Shown one piece after another: positions 35,171 through 49,561 of a stretch of 64,000 nucleotides of DNA; positions within the stretch are counted from its first letter, which is position 1; every line of letters starts with the position of its first letter. The notes under the pieces are model-generated. The model was not told the origin of the DNA. It made no database searches and saw nothing but the letters and a program-made list of their open reading frames with translations. The stretch is taken from contig NC_086097.1 of the NCBI RefSeq assembly GCF_963921235.1, positions 188,916,001 to 188,980,000 on the forward strand, written 5' to 3'. The translations under genes were made by a program, and so were the position numbers. The DNA is from Mobula hypostoma. Taxonomy: Eukaryota.

Positions 35171-37409
35171 CTTTGCACACTTAATATCTACCAGGAACAT
35201 GGACCACCCACACGGACGTATGCTTTCACTGGAGAGTTAAAACCTTACTTAGCTTGTTGCCATGGAGTACAAGCCTTTCATTGACTCGTAGGTAGGTTTT
35301 TTTTCAATAACTTCCTTGGGAGGTTCGGTTTGAGACCCCAGTTCCTCACTCCCCCACCCCCACCCCCACCCATCTCCCTTCACTGCTGATGTCTGATAAT
35401 ATTGATCCCTGATTCCCAGTAATCTGGAACAACAATTCTCAGCTTTGTCCTCTTTTAATGGCCCCACTCAAACCCCATGGCCTTGGGTTTCCATTCATGC
35501 CTTGTGCTTCATATGTGGAACGATTTTGTTTCTGCTGGGTAACTCATTTACTTATTTACTTTACTACATCCTTTTGGGCACTGTGGAATGTTTTACTTAT
35601 ACCACAGGTTTTATAGAATGAGTTAACCTCCAGTTAGTCTTTGGATATTGACCTCAGTGTTATGTGTAATAGCCAGAGATGAAAGAAAATACTCAGCAGA
35701 AAAAATAACTCCCATGGTAAGGTGACCCAACCAGATTTACAGAACTGGATAAGCAACCCAGAGGTTATAATGCTAAAATCCTGCAAGGTGTCAAAGTGAA
35801 CTCAATAATCCAGTAATTTGTTAACGTGATATTTAGTTAAGCATTCTCAACCAGTTCACTGATGCCTCTCTAGCCCCACGTGTATGCAAATGAGTATTAA
35901 AACCCACAGGCAAAAAGCAACAGGTAATAAATGATGCCTTGCCAATGTTACTTGCATCTTAATTACACACAGTGAAACAATTATAGCATGCCTTAGATAC
36001 CAAAGGAAGGAGTCATTTCTACACAGATGCTCCATTTTAAGAGCAGATTGAAAACTTTGTATATTACATGCCTGTCCATTTGAAGAGGGGTTCAGATCAT
36101 AATTCAGCACAGAATAAGGCAGGAGTCATTTTTTTCCACAAATAATTATTCCAGGATTTGTACGCTGACTTTGGTTACTTCGACATGGCTTTATTATCTG
36201 TGAAAAATTAAATATTATCAGCAAAAGTTATTCATTATAAGATATGGCAGGCACTTAAGGATATAAAACTTGATGTAAATTACCAGTCACTGTAGCTTAT
36301 GAATGACCTTCGATCTGCTTATTACCTATTCCTTAATGTGATGGAATAATTCTTATTTTCAAAACTGGTTTAGTCTCCAGTGTTTAAGCATCTTAATTAG
36401 TTGACAGAACTGAATAAACACACAAAATGCCGGGTTTCCATCATCTACAGAATCTCTTGTGTTTTTGACACAACAGATCTGGATGCCATTTTGTGAATTA
36501 AAGACAGTACTTTTTTTTTCCAGAGAAACCAAACACAAAATAATAAGGACTTGGCCACTAGTGTAAAATGTAGGAACTGAGCCACACTGCAAATAGAATG
36601 TCAGTACCAAATCCCTTATGCTGTTAGACATGATCTGCCTGGGTCGGTGCCAGGGTTTCCCTATTATCTCCTCCGGTGCTAATCCAGGAAAGCCTTTTGA
36701 CTGAGGTAATGACAATAGAGATACCTCAGTTGCCACCTGCCAAAATTCCTGATATTTTGGCCTATACTGCTGGATTTGTAGTAGGGTTGTGACGTTCAAT
36801 GCCATTGACACTGCCAGTCTTATTTCAGTGTTCCATCAGGTCTTAGAAAAGTCATGAAGTGCAGTTAATGATGGAAAGTGATAATATTGGTTCACTTGGT
36901 CAGACTGTCGCCTTGGCCTGAACCTGGGTTGACTTTATACAGCCAGTCCTCATCTCTTCCATTGCAGTTTAACAATACTCTGTTATACCAAAGGTAGGGG
37001 CCTCAGTAATCCCTGATTAACTCTCTAAAATGCTGAAAATAGGCAGTCATTTAAAATATTAAAAGTATTTTATTTATGGAACAGTTCACAAACTTAGCCA
37101 GCAGGATTTCACTCAAATACTTTCTATAAATCTTACTCCCTTTCAACTTTATCTTGGAGATGGTCACATGATACAGTTCTTAAAATGGAGACAGCATTGA
37201 AGGTGGTACTAAAGTCAAGAAACTACAAAAATATTTAAACAACAGGTTAGGCAGCATATATGGAAGGAGAAACCCTTCAGCAAGACTGGAAAATGTAAGA
37301 AACATATAAGAGTATGAACTTGATAGGGACAAAGGAATTTCTCTGATAGAGTGAGACCAAGATTGCAGTTGTTTATGTATGGTTAAAAGATTAATAAGGG
37401 CAATTACTA

Positions 37410-37722
37410 AGGGTGGGACAGTCTAAGACCAGCAGACACAGCCTCAGAATAGAGGGGAATCCTTTTAGAATGGAGATAAGGAGGAATTTCTTTAGGCACA
37501 GAGTGGTGAATCTGTGGAATTTGTTGCCACAAGCAGCTGTGGAGGTCAAGTCTCTATGTATATTTAAGGCAGAGGTTGATGAATTCTTGATTGGTTAGGG
37601 AATGAAGGGATATGGGGAGAAGACAGGAGATTGGGGCTGGAAATTGGATTGGGCATGATGAAATGGCAGAACAGACTTGATGGGCCAAATGGCCTAATAC
37701 TGCTCCCATGTCTTATGGTCTT
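37410..37722 (+). mobile_element. CR1 3' end
   Basis: HSLRIEGNPFRMEIRRNFFRHRVVNLWNLLP; tail TCTTATGGTCTTA. Confidence 0.85.
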
Positions 37723-38044
37723 ATAACACTCATATTAGCAGAACATAATACATACAAAGAAACATAATCTTCTTCTGTCACAGTAACCCATTTGGTCTCA
37801 CTCTATCACCCATCTCTCTCTGACCTTCTCTCCAATTGAATACTAAGTTGCCTTCTCCCTTTCTGAGGAAGGATATTGGACCTGGTGTATTAACACTTTC
37901 TTTTCCCAGATTGTGCTTCTCCTGCTGAATTTTTCTGGAATCTTCTGTTTTTTATGGTAGTTTTCCAGCATTTTTGTTTTTTTAGAGTTTTGAAAATCAC
38001 TTGGAGTCAGTCCTGCAGCAAAAAGTATTAGAGACCAAGGCTGC

Positions 38045-38345
38045 ACATAGAACATTGAACTATCACCATAGCAACATGTATTTCAACCCATGAAGTCTGC
38101 ACTGATCATAATGACAATTTAAACTGCAAATCTGTCTGCACAGGGTCTATCTCCATCAGTTTCCTGTCCATGTGTCTGTCTAGATGCCTCTTAAGTATTG
38201 CTATTGTATTTGCTTCTAAAACTTCCCATGGTAGCATTTCCAGTTACCTTCCTCTGTGTTAAAAAAACAAATCTTTCCTCGTAAATCTCTATTAGCTATC
38301 CCCCGTCTCCTTAAATCAAGCCCTCCGGTATTTAACATTTCCATC
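38045..38345 (-). mobile_element. Old CR1 3' end
   Basis: ACATAGAACA tail and degenerate antisense CR1 3' sequence. Confidence 0.55.
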
Positions 38346-38819
38346 CCGCACTGGCACTTGTCTGCAAAAAGCTCAGTGGGAAATTAAATGGACTGACGGC
38401 AGAAGAAGGTGGATTGATGTTCTGGCCACACTGGTCAGAACACAGAGAAGCTTGATACCCACTGGATACAATGATGGGAGCTCATCCTTTCCAGGATGGA
38501 TTAATAAGTCATCTCCATCAATGCACCCACCAAGCCAGCATAGGACTGCATCAGAAATGATGCTGATTCAGCATCCACTGCAGCACAAACTGGATGGAGC
38601 CAACATCTGAGGATTGCAGTCAGAGCTCAGGCTGTTTCCTCTCATCCCAGCTTGTTGCAATGCAAGCTAAGAATGTGTAAAAGGATATTCAGCGCACTCC
38701 AGCTGGTTCTGTTACAGATATGCTTCCTAAACACTCTCTTCAGAAATGGCCTTCAACTGAGGCCTCTTCTTCTCATCCTCTCCCAGCGAAAGATCATAAG
38801 ACCAATAGGTAAGACGAAT

Positions 38820-38904
38820 TATCGGGAAATTATAGGCTGGTGAGCTTGACGTCAGTGGGGGCTAAGTTACTAGAAGGTATACTAACGACCCAGATATACA
38901 AGTA
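38820..38904 (+). mobile_element. CR1 fragment, 5' part (host of the Tigger-like element)
   Basis: NYRLVSLTSVGAKLLEGILTTQIYKY, continuing LDRQGLIRDSQ after 43181. Confidence 0.75.
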
Positions 38905-39025
38905 CAGCAGATTCCAGTTAATTGGGACACATTGGAACCAGTACATTTTGGTCCAATTAAGCAACTGCTCCAATTAGCATAAGTTTCATGGAAATAGTTA
39001 AAAAGGTATAAAAAATGTATAAAAT

Positions 39026-40354
39026 ACTCCTTCTCCCAGTGTAGAGTGCCCTCCTGCTTCAAAATATCCACCATTGTCCCTGTACCTAAAAAGACCAAGG
39101 TAACATGTCTGAACACTGGCATCCTGTCACACTCACCTCAATAATAAGCAAATACTTTGAAAGGCTGGTCAACGACTACATTTGCAGCATGCTACCACCC
39201 ACACTGGACCCCCTACAATTCGCCTAATGGCACAACCGATTGACAGATGATGCAATGGCCACAGATCTACACACTGTCCTTACACATCTGGAGAAGAAAG
39301 ATGCTTATGTGAGAATGCTGTTCTTGGACTACAGTTCAGCATTCAACACCGTAATTCCCTCTAGGCTTGACAAGAAGCTCAGGGATCTTGACCTTCACCC
39401 TGCCTTATGTAGCTGGAACCTAGACTTCCAGTCGGATCGCCGGCAGGTGGTAAGAGTGGGGTCACTCACCTTTGCCCCCGATCCTCAGCACAGGTGCCCC
39501 TCAGAGTTATGTCCTAAGCCCCCTCCTTTACTGTCTGTATACCAATGACTGTGTCACCACCCATATCTCCAATGTGCTAATTAAATTTGCTGACAACACG
39601 ACACTGATTGGCCTGATCTCAAATAATAAAGAGGCAGCCAACAGAGAAGTCATCACCCTGACACAGTGGTGTCAAGAAAACAACCTCAATGTTGCAAAAA
39701 CAAAGGAGCTGGTTGTGGACTACAGGAGGAATGCAGACAGGGTAATCCCTATTGACATCAATGGATCTGGGGTTGAGAGGGTGAATAGTTTTAAATCCCC
39801 CGGCATACACATCACCGAGGATCTCATGTGGTCTGTACGTACTGGCTGTGTAGTGAAAGAAAGCACAACAGCACCTCTTTCACCTCAGACGGTTGAAGAA
39901 GTTTGGTATGGATCCCCAAAACCAAAGAATTTTCTACAGGGGCACAACTGAGAGCAGCCTGATTGGCTGTATCACTGCCTGGTATGGGAACTGTACTTCC
40001 CTCAATCACAAGACTCTGCAGAGAGTGGTGCAGACATCCCAGCGCATCTGTAGAAGTGAACTTCCCATCACCCCAACCATAAACTGTTCCAGCTGCTACC
40101 ATCTGGGAAACGGTACCACAGCATAAAACCCAGGACCAACAGACTCTGCGACAGCTTCCTCCACCAGGCCATCAGACTAATTAATTCATGCTGATACAAT
40201 TGTATTTCTATGTTATATTGACTGTCCTGTTGTACATACTATGTATTACAAATTACTATTAATTGCACTTTACACATTTAGATGGAGATGTAACATAAAG
40301 ATTTTTACTCTTCATGTATATGAAGGATGTAAGCAATAAAATCAGTTCAATTCA
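39026..40354 (+). mobile_element. 5'-truncated Rex1/Babar
   Basis: AYVRMLFLDYSSAFNT, TGAPQSYVLSPLL, KFADNTT; TTCAA tail. Confidence 0.9.
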
Positions 40355-40605
40355 AAAAGACAAACTATTGCTTAACTGAGTAGCTAGTTATGTATTTAAA
40401 TGAAATATAGACCAAATTAGAACACTGTCAAAACTACTATAGTACTATAAAACTGTGTATTAGTTCCTAATAGTTATTGACAGAGGAATTCATCCAGTGT
40501 GTTCTTTTGATTGAGTGTGAATGAACAAAATCAGCACAGACACCTGGTGCAGATAGTGGACTGCCTTCAAATAGTGCTTTCAACAATTGCATCCTCTAAT
40601 TCTTC

Positions 40606-42702
40606 TTTCTTTCTTTTTAAATCTTTTTATTGAATAAGTATACAAAAAAGGTAAGCCATATAAACATTAATACAATGTTAAAGTATAATAAAATTCCAAA
40701 AGGTATCAATACCAAAAAAAATACTACAAACAATGTAATTTAAACATAAGAAACCAAGATAACATAATAGTATACTAAATTTTATATATATCAATGGAAA
40801 AAAAAAGAAAAAAAACCCCCAAAAAAACCCCACCGTGCAACTAACTAAAAGCAAAGCAAAGCAATGGGCTAACTTGAAACCAAACAGAGTTAAACTTAAA
40901 ATCACGTCCTCAATCCTGACCTCCATTAAAAACAGTGAAAAAAAAAACAAGAAGGGTAAATATTACATTAAATGAAAATATCGAATAAAAGGTCCCCAAA
41001 TCTGTTCAAATTTAAATGAAGAATCATAAAGGTTACTTCTAATTTTCTCCAAATTCAAACATAAAATCGTCTGAGAAAACCAAAAAAAGGTAGTTGGAGC
41101 ATTAAGCTCTTTCCAATATTGTAAAATACATCTTTTCGCCATTAAAGTAAGAAATGCAATCATTCTACGGGCTGAAGGGGAAAGATTACTAGAAATTTTA
41201 GGTAGTCCAAAGATAGCAGTAATAGGGTGAGGAGAGATATCTATATTTAATACCTTAGAAATAATATTAAAAATATCTCTCCAAAAAGTTTCCAAAGTAG
41301 GGCAAGACCAAAACATATGAGTTAAAGAGGCTATCTGCCCCGAACATCTATCACAGAAAGGATTAATATGCGAGTAAAAACGCGCTAACTTATCTTTGGA
41401 CATATGTGCTCTATGAACCACTTTAAATTGAATTAGGGAATGTTTAGCACAAATAGAGGAAGTATTAACTAATTGTAAAATCTGCCCCCAATCATCCACA
41501 GAAATGGTAAGCCCCAATTCCTGTTCCCAATCTACCCTAATCTTATCAAATGGAGCTTTCCTAAGTTTCATAATAATATTATAAATCATAGCCGATGCAC
41601 CTTTCTGACATGGATTGAGGTTAATTATCGAATCTAAAATATATGTAGGAGGAAGCATTGGAAAGGAAGAAAGTATAGTACTTAGGAAATTTCTAACTTG
41701 TAAATATCTAAAAAAATGTATTCTTGATAAGTTATATTTATTAGATAATTGTTCAAAAGACATAAGGGAACCATCTAAAAATAAATCCAAAAACCGTAAA
41801 ATACCCTTAGTCTTCCAAGTTTGAAAAGCGCGATCCGTAAAAGAGGGAGGAAAAAATATGTTACCTAAAATAGGAATCGCTAACCCGAATTGATTAAGAT
41901 CAAAGAATTTTCTGAATTGAAACCAAATGTGCAAAGCATATTTAACTATCGGGTTAGAGACCTGCTTAAGACGTTTCGAATCAAAAGGGAGAGAGGAGCC
42001 TAAAATAGAGCCAAGTGTATAACCCTGAACAGATTGTAGTTCCAATGCTACCCATTTAGGAATAGATAGTATGTCCTGATCAAGTAACCAAAATTTCATG
42101 TCGAATATTAATAGCCCAATAATAGAATCTAAAGTTAGGTAATGCTAAACCTCCATCTCTCTTAGCTTTCTGTAAATGTATTTTACCCAGTCTCGGATTC
42201 TTATTCTGCCAAATAAATGAAGAAATTTTAGAGTCAACTTTATCAAAGAAAGATTTTGGAACAAAAATTGGTAATGCCTGAAACACATATAAAAATTTTG
42301 GCAAAAAAAACATCTTAACTGCATTAATACGACCAATCAAAGTTAAATATAAGGGAAACCATTTAGATGAAAGTTGAGTAATATGGTCTATTAATGGTAA
42401 AAAGTTAGTCTTAAATAAATCTTTGTATTTACAAGTAATTTTAATCCCAAGATATGAGAAATAATTATTAATCAATTTAAATGGAAATTTATAATATAAG
42501 GGAAGATGTTTATTAATCGGAAAAAGTTCACTCTTACTAAGATTTAATTTATAACCTGAAAAAAAACCAAATTGTGCTAATAACTCTAAAACAGCAGGAA
42601 TGGATTTCTCAGGATTAGAAATATATAAAAGTAAATCATCAGCATAGAGTGATAATTTATGGGACTTTAATCCCCGAGTTATCCCAGTAATATTTGAAGA
42701 TT
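40606..42702 (-). mobile_element. 5'-truncated young L1 (same family as 54687-59162)
   Basis: Near-identical to 57064-59162; 16-bp TSD CATCCTCTAATTCTTC (40590-605, 42703-18); (AAAG)n tail; 2-nt deletion near 42099. Confidence 0.95.
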
Positions 42703-43181
42703 CATCCTCTAATTCTTCATTATCATTTTAACATTCAAGATGACAGTTGATACCTTCACATTCCTAACTTGTTGAAGTAGTGAAATGGTTTCATTTTCAC
42801 TCCTGGCCACTCTGGCATCTCCAACCCTGAATGTTTGAAACTGTAGTGAGCTAAAAAATTCTGCATTGTCATACTGTTTATTACTCACCAACTATCAGTG
42901 ACAAAAATCACTGATATTTGAACACAAACATACAAGTGATGCTGTTTGAAAACTGTTCACTCTAAACACAGTGTAGTGTCTAACAGCCACATGACGTGCA
43001 CTTGACTGATACTAGTTAGAAATGGTTCAGCAACAGTCTTCTGCTCCAAATAAGTTTCACAGTGTTCCAAATAAACAGAGAGAGTCCCAAATATTTTCTC
43101 AAATTTTTTTTCTTTAAGAGTTGTCCCAAATAAGTGGCTGCCTGGATTAACTGATGGCCCAATTAACTGGAATCCACAGTG

Positions 43182-44345
43182 TTTGGACAGACAGGGACTG
43201 ATTAGGGATAGTCAATGTAGCTTTGTGTCTAACCAATCTTACAGAATTTTTTTTAAACAAGTTGCCAGGACATTGATGAAGTAAAGGCAGTGGATGTTGT
43301 CTACATGGACTTTAGTAAGGCCTTTGACAAGGTTGCTTGGCATTCAGGAAGAGGTAGTAGATTGTATTTGATATTGGCTTCATGGGGGATGCTAGAGAGT
43401 GGTAGTAGATGGTTGCCTCTCTGATTGGAGGCCTGTGACTAGTGGTGCACTGCAGCAATCAGTGCAGCATCCATTGTTGTTTATCATCTATGTCAACAAT
43501 CTGGATAAAATGTGGTAAACCACATCAGCAGATTTGCAGACGACACCAAGACTGGGGGTGCAGTGGACAGCGAAGAAGGTTGTCAAAGCTTGCAGCAGGA
43601 TCTCGACCAGCTGGAACAATGGGCTGAAAAATTACAGATGGAATTTAATTCAAACAAGTGTGAGATGTTACACTTTGGGAGGACAGATCAGTTAGGACTT
43701 ACGTGGTGAATAGAAGGGCACTGAGCAGTATGGTAAAACAGAGGGAATACAGATCCATAACTTCTTGAAAGTGGCATCACAGGTTAAGGGTGAAAGGTGA
43801 AATGTTCGAAGGAACATGAGGGAAAACTTGCTCACTCAGAGGATGGTAAGAGTGAGGAATGAGCTGTAGCAGAATTGGTGGGTGATAATTCGATTTCCAC
43901 AGTTAAGTCAAATTTGGATGGGAGGAATATGGAGTGCTATGGTCCGGGGGCAGTTTAATACGACTGGGTAGAATAATAGTTTGACAAGGACTAGATGCCC
44001 CGAAGGGGCTGTTTCAGTGCTTTAGTTTTCTATGAATGGTCCCAGGCTTTTCCCCAGGAAAGAAGAGTCCAAAACAGAGTACAGGTTTAAGGTAAGGGGA
44101 AACATTTTAAATGGACTTGAGGATGGTGCGTATATGGAACAGGTTGCCAGAGAAAGTGAAAGAGGCAGGTACGGTTTTGACATTTATAAGACATTTGGAC
44201 AAGTACAAGGATAGGAAAGGTTTAGAGGGCTAATGGTGAATGCAGGCAAATGGGATTAACTCAGTTATCCAACTTGGTCGTCATGGATGAGTTGGGCCAG
44301 TGGTTTGTTTCCATGCTGTAAAACTCTATGACTCCCTAACTCTCT
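43182..44345 (+). mobile_element. Decayed CR1 fragments (continuation of 38820 copy plus a second 3' end from about 44035)
   Basis: AVDVVYMDFSKAFDKV, RFADDTK, QMEFNSNKCEMLHFGR; CTCTATGACTC tail. Confidence 0.8.
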
Positions 44346-44805
44346 ATGCAATGCATCTAAGCCACGTATGATTGGAAAATAATCCAGCAGTAAACTTTGT
44401 AAACAGTTTGCAATCCCTTTAAATAGTCTATCACACTGTTAAAACTGTGATGATCTGAGTAAGATTATGAGAAGGCATAAACCGCACAGGCATGATCTCA
44501 AGTTTCAATGCTGATTGACATCATGATATGCCAACTCTAGATGTTGTTAATGATTGATGCATGAGCGCTTTAACAAGCTTGCAAACATCGCCTTTGCCAG
44601 AATTCTCAACAGATCTACAGAGATCAGTTTTGCTCACATCAACTGGTGGCTAACAAAAGCAGCAAAGATCCAAATTTACTAATTAAAAACAAACTTTACT
44701 GCAGGGTGATTGAAGACTTACTATGGAAACTACTTTGTTTTCACTTGCATTACAGCAAAATACAACACTGGTTTAATACACGTTTAACATCCACCTCCAA
44801 TGTAT

Positions 44806-45890
44806 ATCAGCTCATCACTCTGCAGCTGGGTCCTGAATTTCTTGTCAGAGCGTTCACAGGCAGTGAGACAGGCCCTCACCTGTCCTCCACTTCTATCCTG
44901 AACACTGGTACACCACAAGGTTGTGTATTGAGTCCCGTACTCTACTCCCTCTTCACTTACGACTGTGTACCTGCATTTAACACCAATACCATCGTCAAAT
45001 TCGCCAATGACACAACAGTGATCGGGTTGATCTCCAACAGAGACGAATCAGCGTACAGAGTGGAGGTACAGAACTTAGTGAGCTGGTGCTCAGAGAACAA
45101 CCTGTCTCTTAATACAGCAAAGACTAAGGAGCTAATTATCAATTTTGGAAAGTTACGGGATGACGAGTACACTCCAGTCTAGATTAAGGGAGACATAGTG
45201 GAGAGAGTGCCCAGTTTCAGGTTTCTGGGAATACATAATTCAGAAGACCTTACGTGGTCCACTAACACCACTACAATAGTTAAGAAACTATTAAGAAGCT
45301 TGTTTTTCCTCAGGACGTTGAAGAAAGCTGGTCTACCTGAACAGATGCTGGTGACCTTTTACCGCTGTACCATAGAGAGCATCTTAACATACTGCATCTC
45401 TGTGTTGTATCTCAGTTGTACAGCAGCTGATAGGAAAGCACTTCAGCAGTCGTCTCTAGTGCACAGAAGATCATCGGGACACAGCTCCCAGCCCTGGAGT
45501 ACACCTACAGCTCTTGCTGCCTAAGGAAAGCCACAAGCATCTGTAAGGACAATACACACCCATGCAATCATCTGTTTGAACTTCTTCTATCTGGCAGATG
45601 TTACAAGTTTTTCTATGCCCGCACTTTCAGACTGAAAAATAGCTTTTTCCTCAGAGCTATAGTTGCTCTGAACCAATCGATGAAGCATCATCCATTTGTT
45701 ATAATTGCTACTTTAATACTGGTTTTATGGCTGTCATGCACCTGAGTTGTGTTTTTGTACTGCTGGACATCGCTTGTACTGGCTGGTTACTTGATTTTAT
45801 TTATTGTTTATTTATTTTATTTCTTGTTTTATAGCATTGAGTATGAGAGTTGCAAACTCTTTTTCGCTGTATTGGTGCATGACAAATTGT
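44806..45890 (+). mobile_element. 5'-truncated Rex1/Babar
   Basis: NTGTPQGCVLSPVLYSLFTYDC, KFANDTT, FYRCTIESILTYCI. Confidence 0.9.
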
Positions 45891-47134
45891 ACCATGAAAC
45901 AAAATATCTTTCTTGTCATTGCATTTCATATAATCAAGAAAATCTGAGACCCTCTCATTGAATCCAGTACCTGATTTTAATGGACTTTTCTTGCATCTAA
46001 TTATGTTATTTACAGAATTAGTGTGTGGGTTAATACGGTAAATAAAAGGAGTCATTTCGTGTCATGATGCTGTATAAATGAATCAAAGTTGAGTTCATTG
46101 CTGTAAGCACAGGTGCAGTGTAAAATTTGCTTGCAGCTACATCAAAGGCACATAGGATCATAAAAGCAGCACCTACAACATAAATTATTTGAATCTTTAT
46201 GAGAAGGAAAACACAATTAGAACTATAAAACTGAATAGAAATGTCTCAGCAAAATATTAATTAATTGTTGCAGTTATCACTGATTTATATTTAATAAGAA
46301 TACTGGGTCTATCTCAGGATCAATATGGCATCATGCACCATTACTCATGCCCTTGTAGAGCCAGTGAAGGTGATTGTAATGTTCATTTCCTGCACCAGCT
46401 CAGTGATATTACACAGACCATTTCACATCAGAGCTGTTTTATGTGGGTTTGCAAATCATACTGTGAAATCTTCTCTGTTTACCTGGGGAGCAAAATTTCT
46501 CAGCATCTATATAACATGGCACACAATCCTGTATAAAGGTTGTGAAAGCATTGAGAGAGAGACACAATTCTCACAGCATTAAATGTGCTATGCCAGGTAA
46601 ATGCAGTGAGATTATAATTTATAAATATAAGGAAACACAGCAATTAAAGGTGTTATTTTTCATTGAATATGCAACAGTTAAACTCTACATTGTAGGTCAG
46701 AAATGACCAGAAAATAACAATAATGTTATTAGCGCTTGCTGTTATTACATCTAACATTCATGGTTTAGAAGTACCTAACATTGGAAAACCAAGAATTGTC
46801 ACCAAAGATATAGTTTTTTTCAAATGATATATTAGTACCAAGAAGACTGCATTGGTACTTGCTCAATGAAAATGGGGTGGAAAAACTAGAAATAAAGACT
46901 CCCAATGTGTATTAGTCCTAGAAATAAAAATGTTGTATTTGTGATCTCAAATCTCAAATTTAAAACTGATTTGCAAACTGAGCATTAGGTCCTGTTTTGC
47001 CTACGAAGAATAAAGCAAAATGGGAAGTATTTGAGATAATTTTATTTATTCGTTTTTAATTTTGATTTTCCTTTCCTTGATCTAGCTGTGTACTTTATGT
47101 CCTTGCTGTGAACATTGGTAAGAATCATTGACAT

Positions 47135-48650
47135 TGACAACATGCGGGCTGCCTTCAAGAGAGTGAATCCAAAGAAAGCATCCGGTCTGGACAGATGCTT
47201 TCACAGATGTATTTCTGGTGTATTCGCAGATATCTTCAACCTTTTGTTCCGGCAGTGTGTGTTACCACCTACATCGTGCAGGCTTCAATTATACCAGTGC
47301 CCAAGGAGTGCATTGAAACTTATCTAAATGACCATCATCCAGTGGCATTTACATCCACAGTGATGAAGCGTTTCGAGAGGCTGGTGTTGAAGCATATCAG
47401 CTGCTGTCAGAATGGTGACATGGATCCATTCCAATTTGCCTACCACACCAACAGCTCTACAGCAGATGATATTACAGTTCAGCATTTAACACTATCATCC
47501 CCTCAAAACTTTATCAGTAAACTCCAAGACATGGATCCCAATGCCTCCTCATGAAATTGGATCTTGGATTTCCTCACTTGTAGACCCCAGTCTGTTCGGA
47601 TTGGCAAAAATATCACCTCCACAATCTCCGCAAACACAGGGGCACTGCAGGGATGTGCACTTAGCCCTCTGCTCTACTCTCTTTACACCTATGACTGTGT
47701 GGCTAAGTACAGCTCCAACATCATATACAAGTTTGTTGTCAACACCGCTGTTGTGGGCTGTACTAAAGAGGGGATTGAAAACTTGGCCGAGTGGTATAAT
47801 AGCAACAACCTCCCATTCAATGTCAATAAGACCAGGAACTGACTGTAGACTTCAAGAAAGGGAAACCAGAGGTCCATGAGCCAGTAATCATTGGATGATC
47901 AAAGGTGGAGAGGGGAGGTAACTTTAAACCCCTGGGTGTCACTATCTCAGAAGATCTGTTCTGGACCCATCATATAAATATTATTGCAAAGAAGGCACAA
48001 CAACATATCTACTTCCTCAGGCGTCCGTGGAGGTTCGGCATGCCATCGAAAACCATGGCAAACTTCTATAGATCTGTGGTGGAAAGTGTGCTGACTGGCT
48101 GCATTACGGCCTGGTATAGGAACACCAATGCCTCTCAGCAGAAAATCCTAAAAAGGCAGTGGATTCAGCCCAGAACATCACAGGTAAAGCCCTCCCAATC
48201 ATTGTGCACATCTACGTGAAATGTTGCCGTAGAAAAGCAACATTAATCATCAAAGATCCTCACCACCCAGGCCATGCTCCTTTCTTGCTGCTGCCATCAG
48301 GTAGAAGGTACGGGTGCCTCAGGACACGCACCACCAGGTTCAAGAACAGTTACTACCCCTCAACCATCAGTCTCTTGAACCAAAGGGGATAGCTACACTC
48401 ATTTAAGGACTCTGTTATATTGTTATTTCGTGCTCATTACTTATTGCTATTTAGTTACATCTGTATTTGCACAGTTTGTTTTCAGTTTACAGTTTCTGAA
48501 GTTTACATTTACCATTCTATAGATTTTCTAAGTATGCCGGCAGAAAAAGAATCGCAGGGTGGTGATTTGTATGTACTCTGATAATAAATTTTACTTTGAA
48601 CTTTAAAGTATATACTCTGATAATAAATTTTACTTTGAACTTTAAAGTAT
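47135..48650 (+). mobile_element. 5'-truncated Rex1/Babar with duplicated 3' tail
   Basis: [41 protein letters not shown]; tail repeated with a 39-nt period (48574, 48613). Confidence 0.9.
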
Positions 48651-49561
48651 TGGTCTCTAAGTTATCAGTGTTCCAATCCAGGATGCGGAGCAAGCCAAGA
48701 ATTCTATCTTAATGAGCTTATACAACAGTGTCAATTAAAAAGCTCTCAAATGACTGACATTGACAAAATACAGAAATGCATCAGTAACTTGTCTTAACTT
48801 AATTTTGCACTTCATCTCATTCTTAAATTAACCCTTGGAAATTTATTACTTGCTGCAAAAGCTCAGAGTATGACGCTGCACTCTTCTAATCTTGGGTGTT
48901 ATACATTTTTTTCTTGGTACCTCATAATCATGTAAAAATACTACCTGCTGTGTGTTATATTTTATAACAAAATAAAGAGGAATGACTTTAATAAATTTAG
49001 CTTTGTGAATGTGGGGGGGTGGGAGGAAGAGGGGGAAGGGTGACCAGGGACAAAGAATTGGGAGTTCATGAGTCAAAAAATGCTGAAATATAAAGCATCA
49101 ATGCACTGCTGTAAGAAAAACTCATGAACACACTAAAATAAAAAGGGTTCTTGATTTGTGAGGAATGTTGGTGTTATTTGATTCCAGAAAATTAAATAAA
49201 TTGACATAATTTTATCAGATCCCAAACCAGGATAGAACAGAGGAACATATCTTAATCACATGACACAGGTTCCTCTAGACACAAATTTCTTTGCTGAATG
49301 CAAGTTCTAATTAGTAATTTTATATTAATAGTTTAAATGCTGAAGCAATGGAATTTCTATTTACTTGGAAAATAATTCAAATAATATAATTTAATATTAA
49401 AACTTTTGAATAAAGAGGAATAAACAGTAACTAGTGTTGCATTGTACAAATAGAAAAAGATAAGAGAAGGGTGAAATTCTGCAGAAGTTGTAAACTCTAG
49501 CGTTCCAGAAGTAATAGCTGATCCATCCATTTACAAATTTCTTCAAATTCCTCTTCAACAG

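Larger units (their letters stand above)
38905..43179. mobile_element. Non-autonomous pogo/Tigger-like element in three pieces (38905-39020, 40355-40605, 42719-43179)
   Basis: TIR CAGCAGATTCCAGTTAATTGGG and CCCAATTAACTGGAATCCACAG; TA on the left, TG on the right; splits a CR1 at a TA. Confidence 0.7.

Noticed and set aside
36359..36811. 150-aa minus-strand ORF
   Set aside because: No recognisable motif, non-ATG start, partly overlaps a Penelope terminal remnant.
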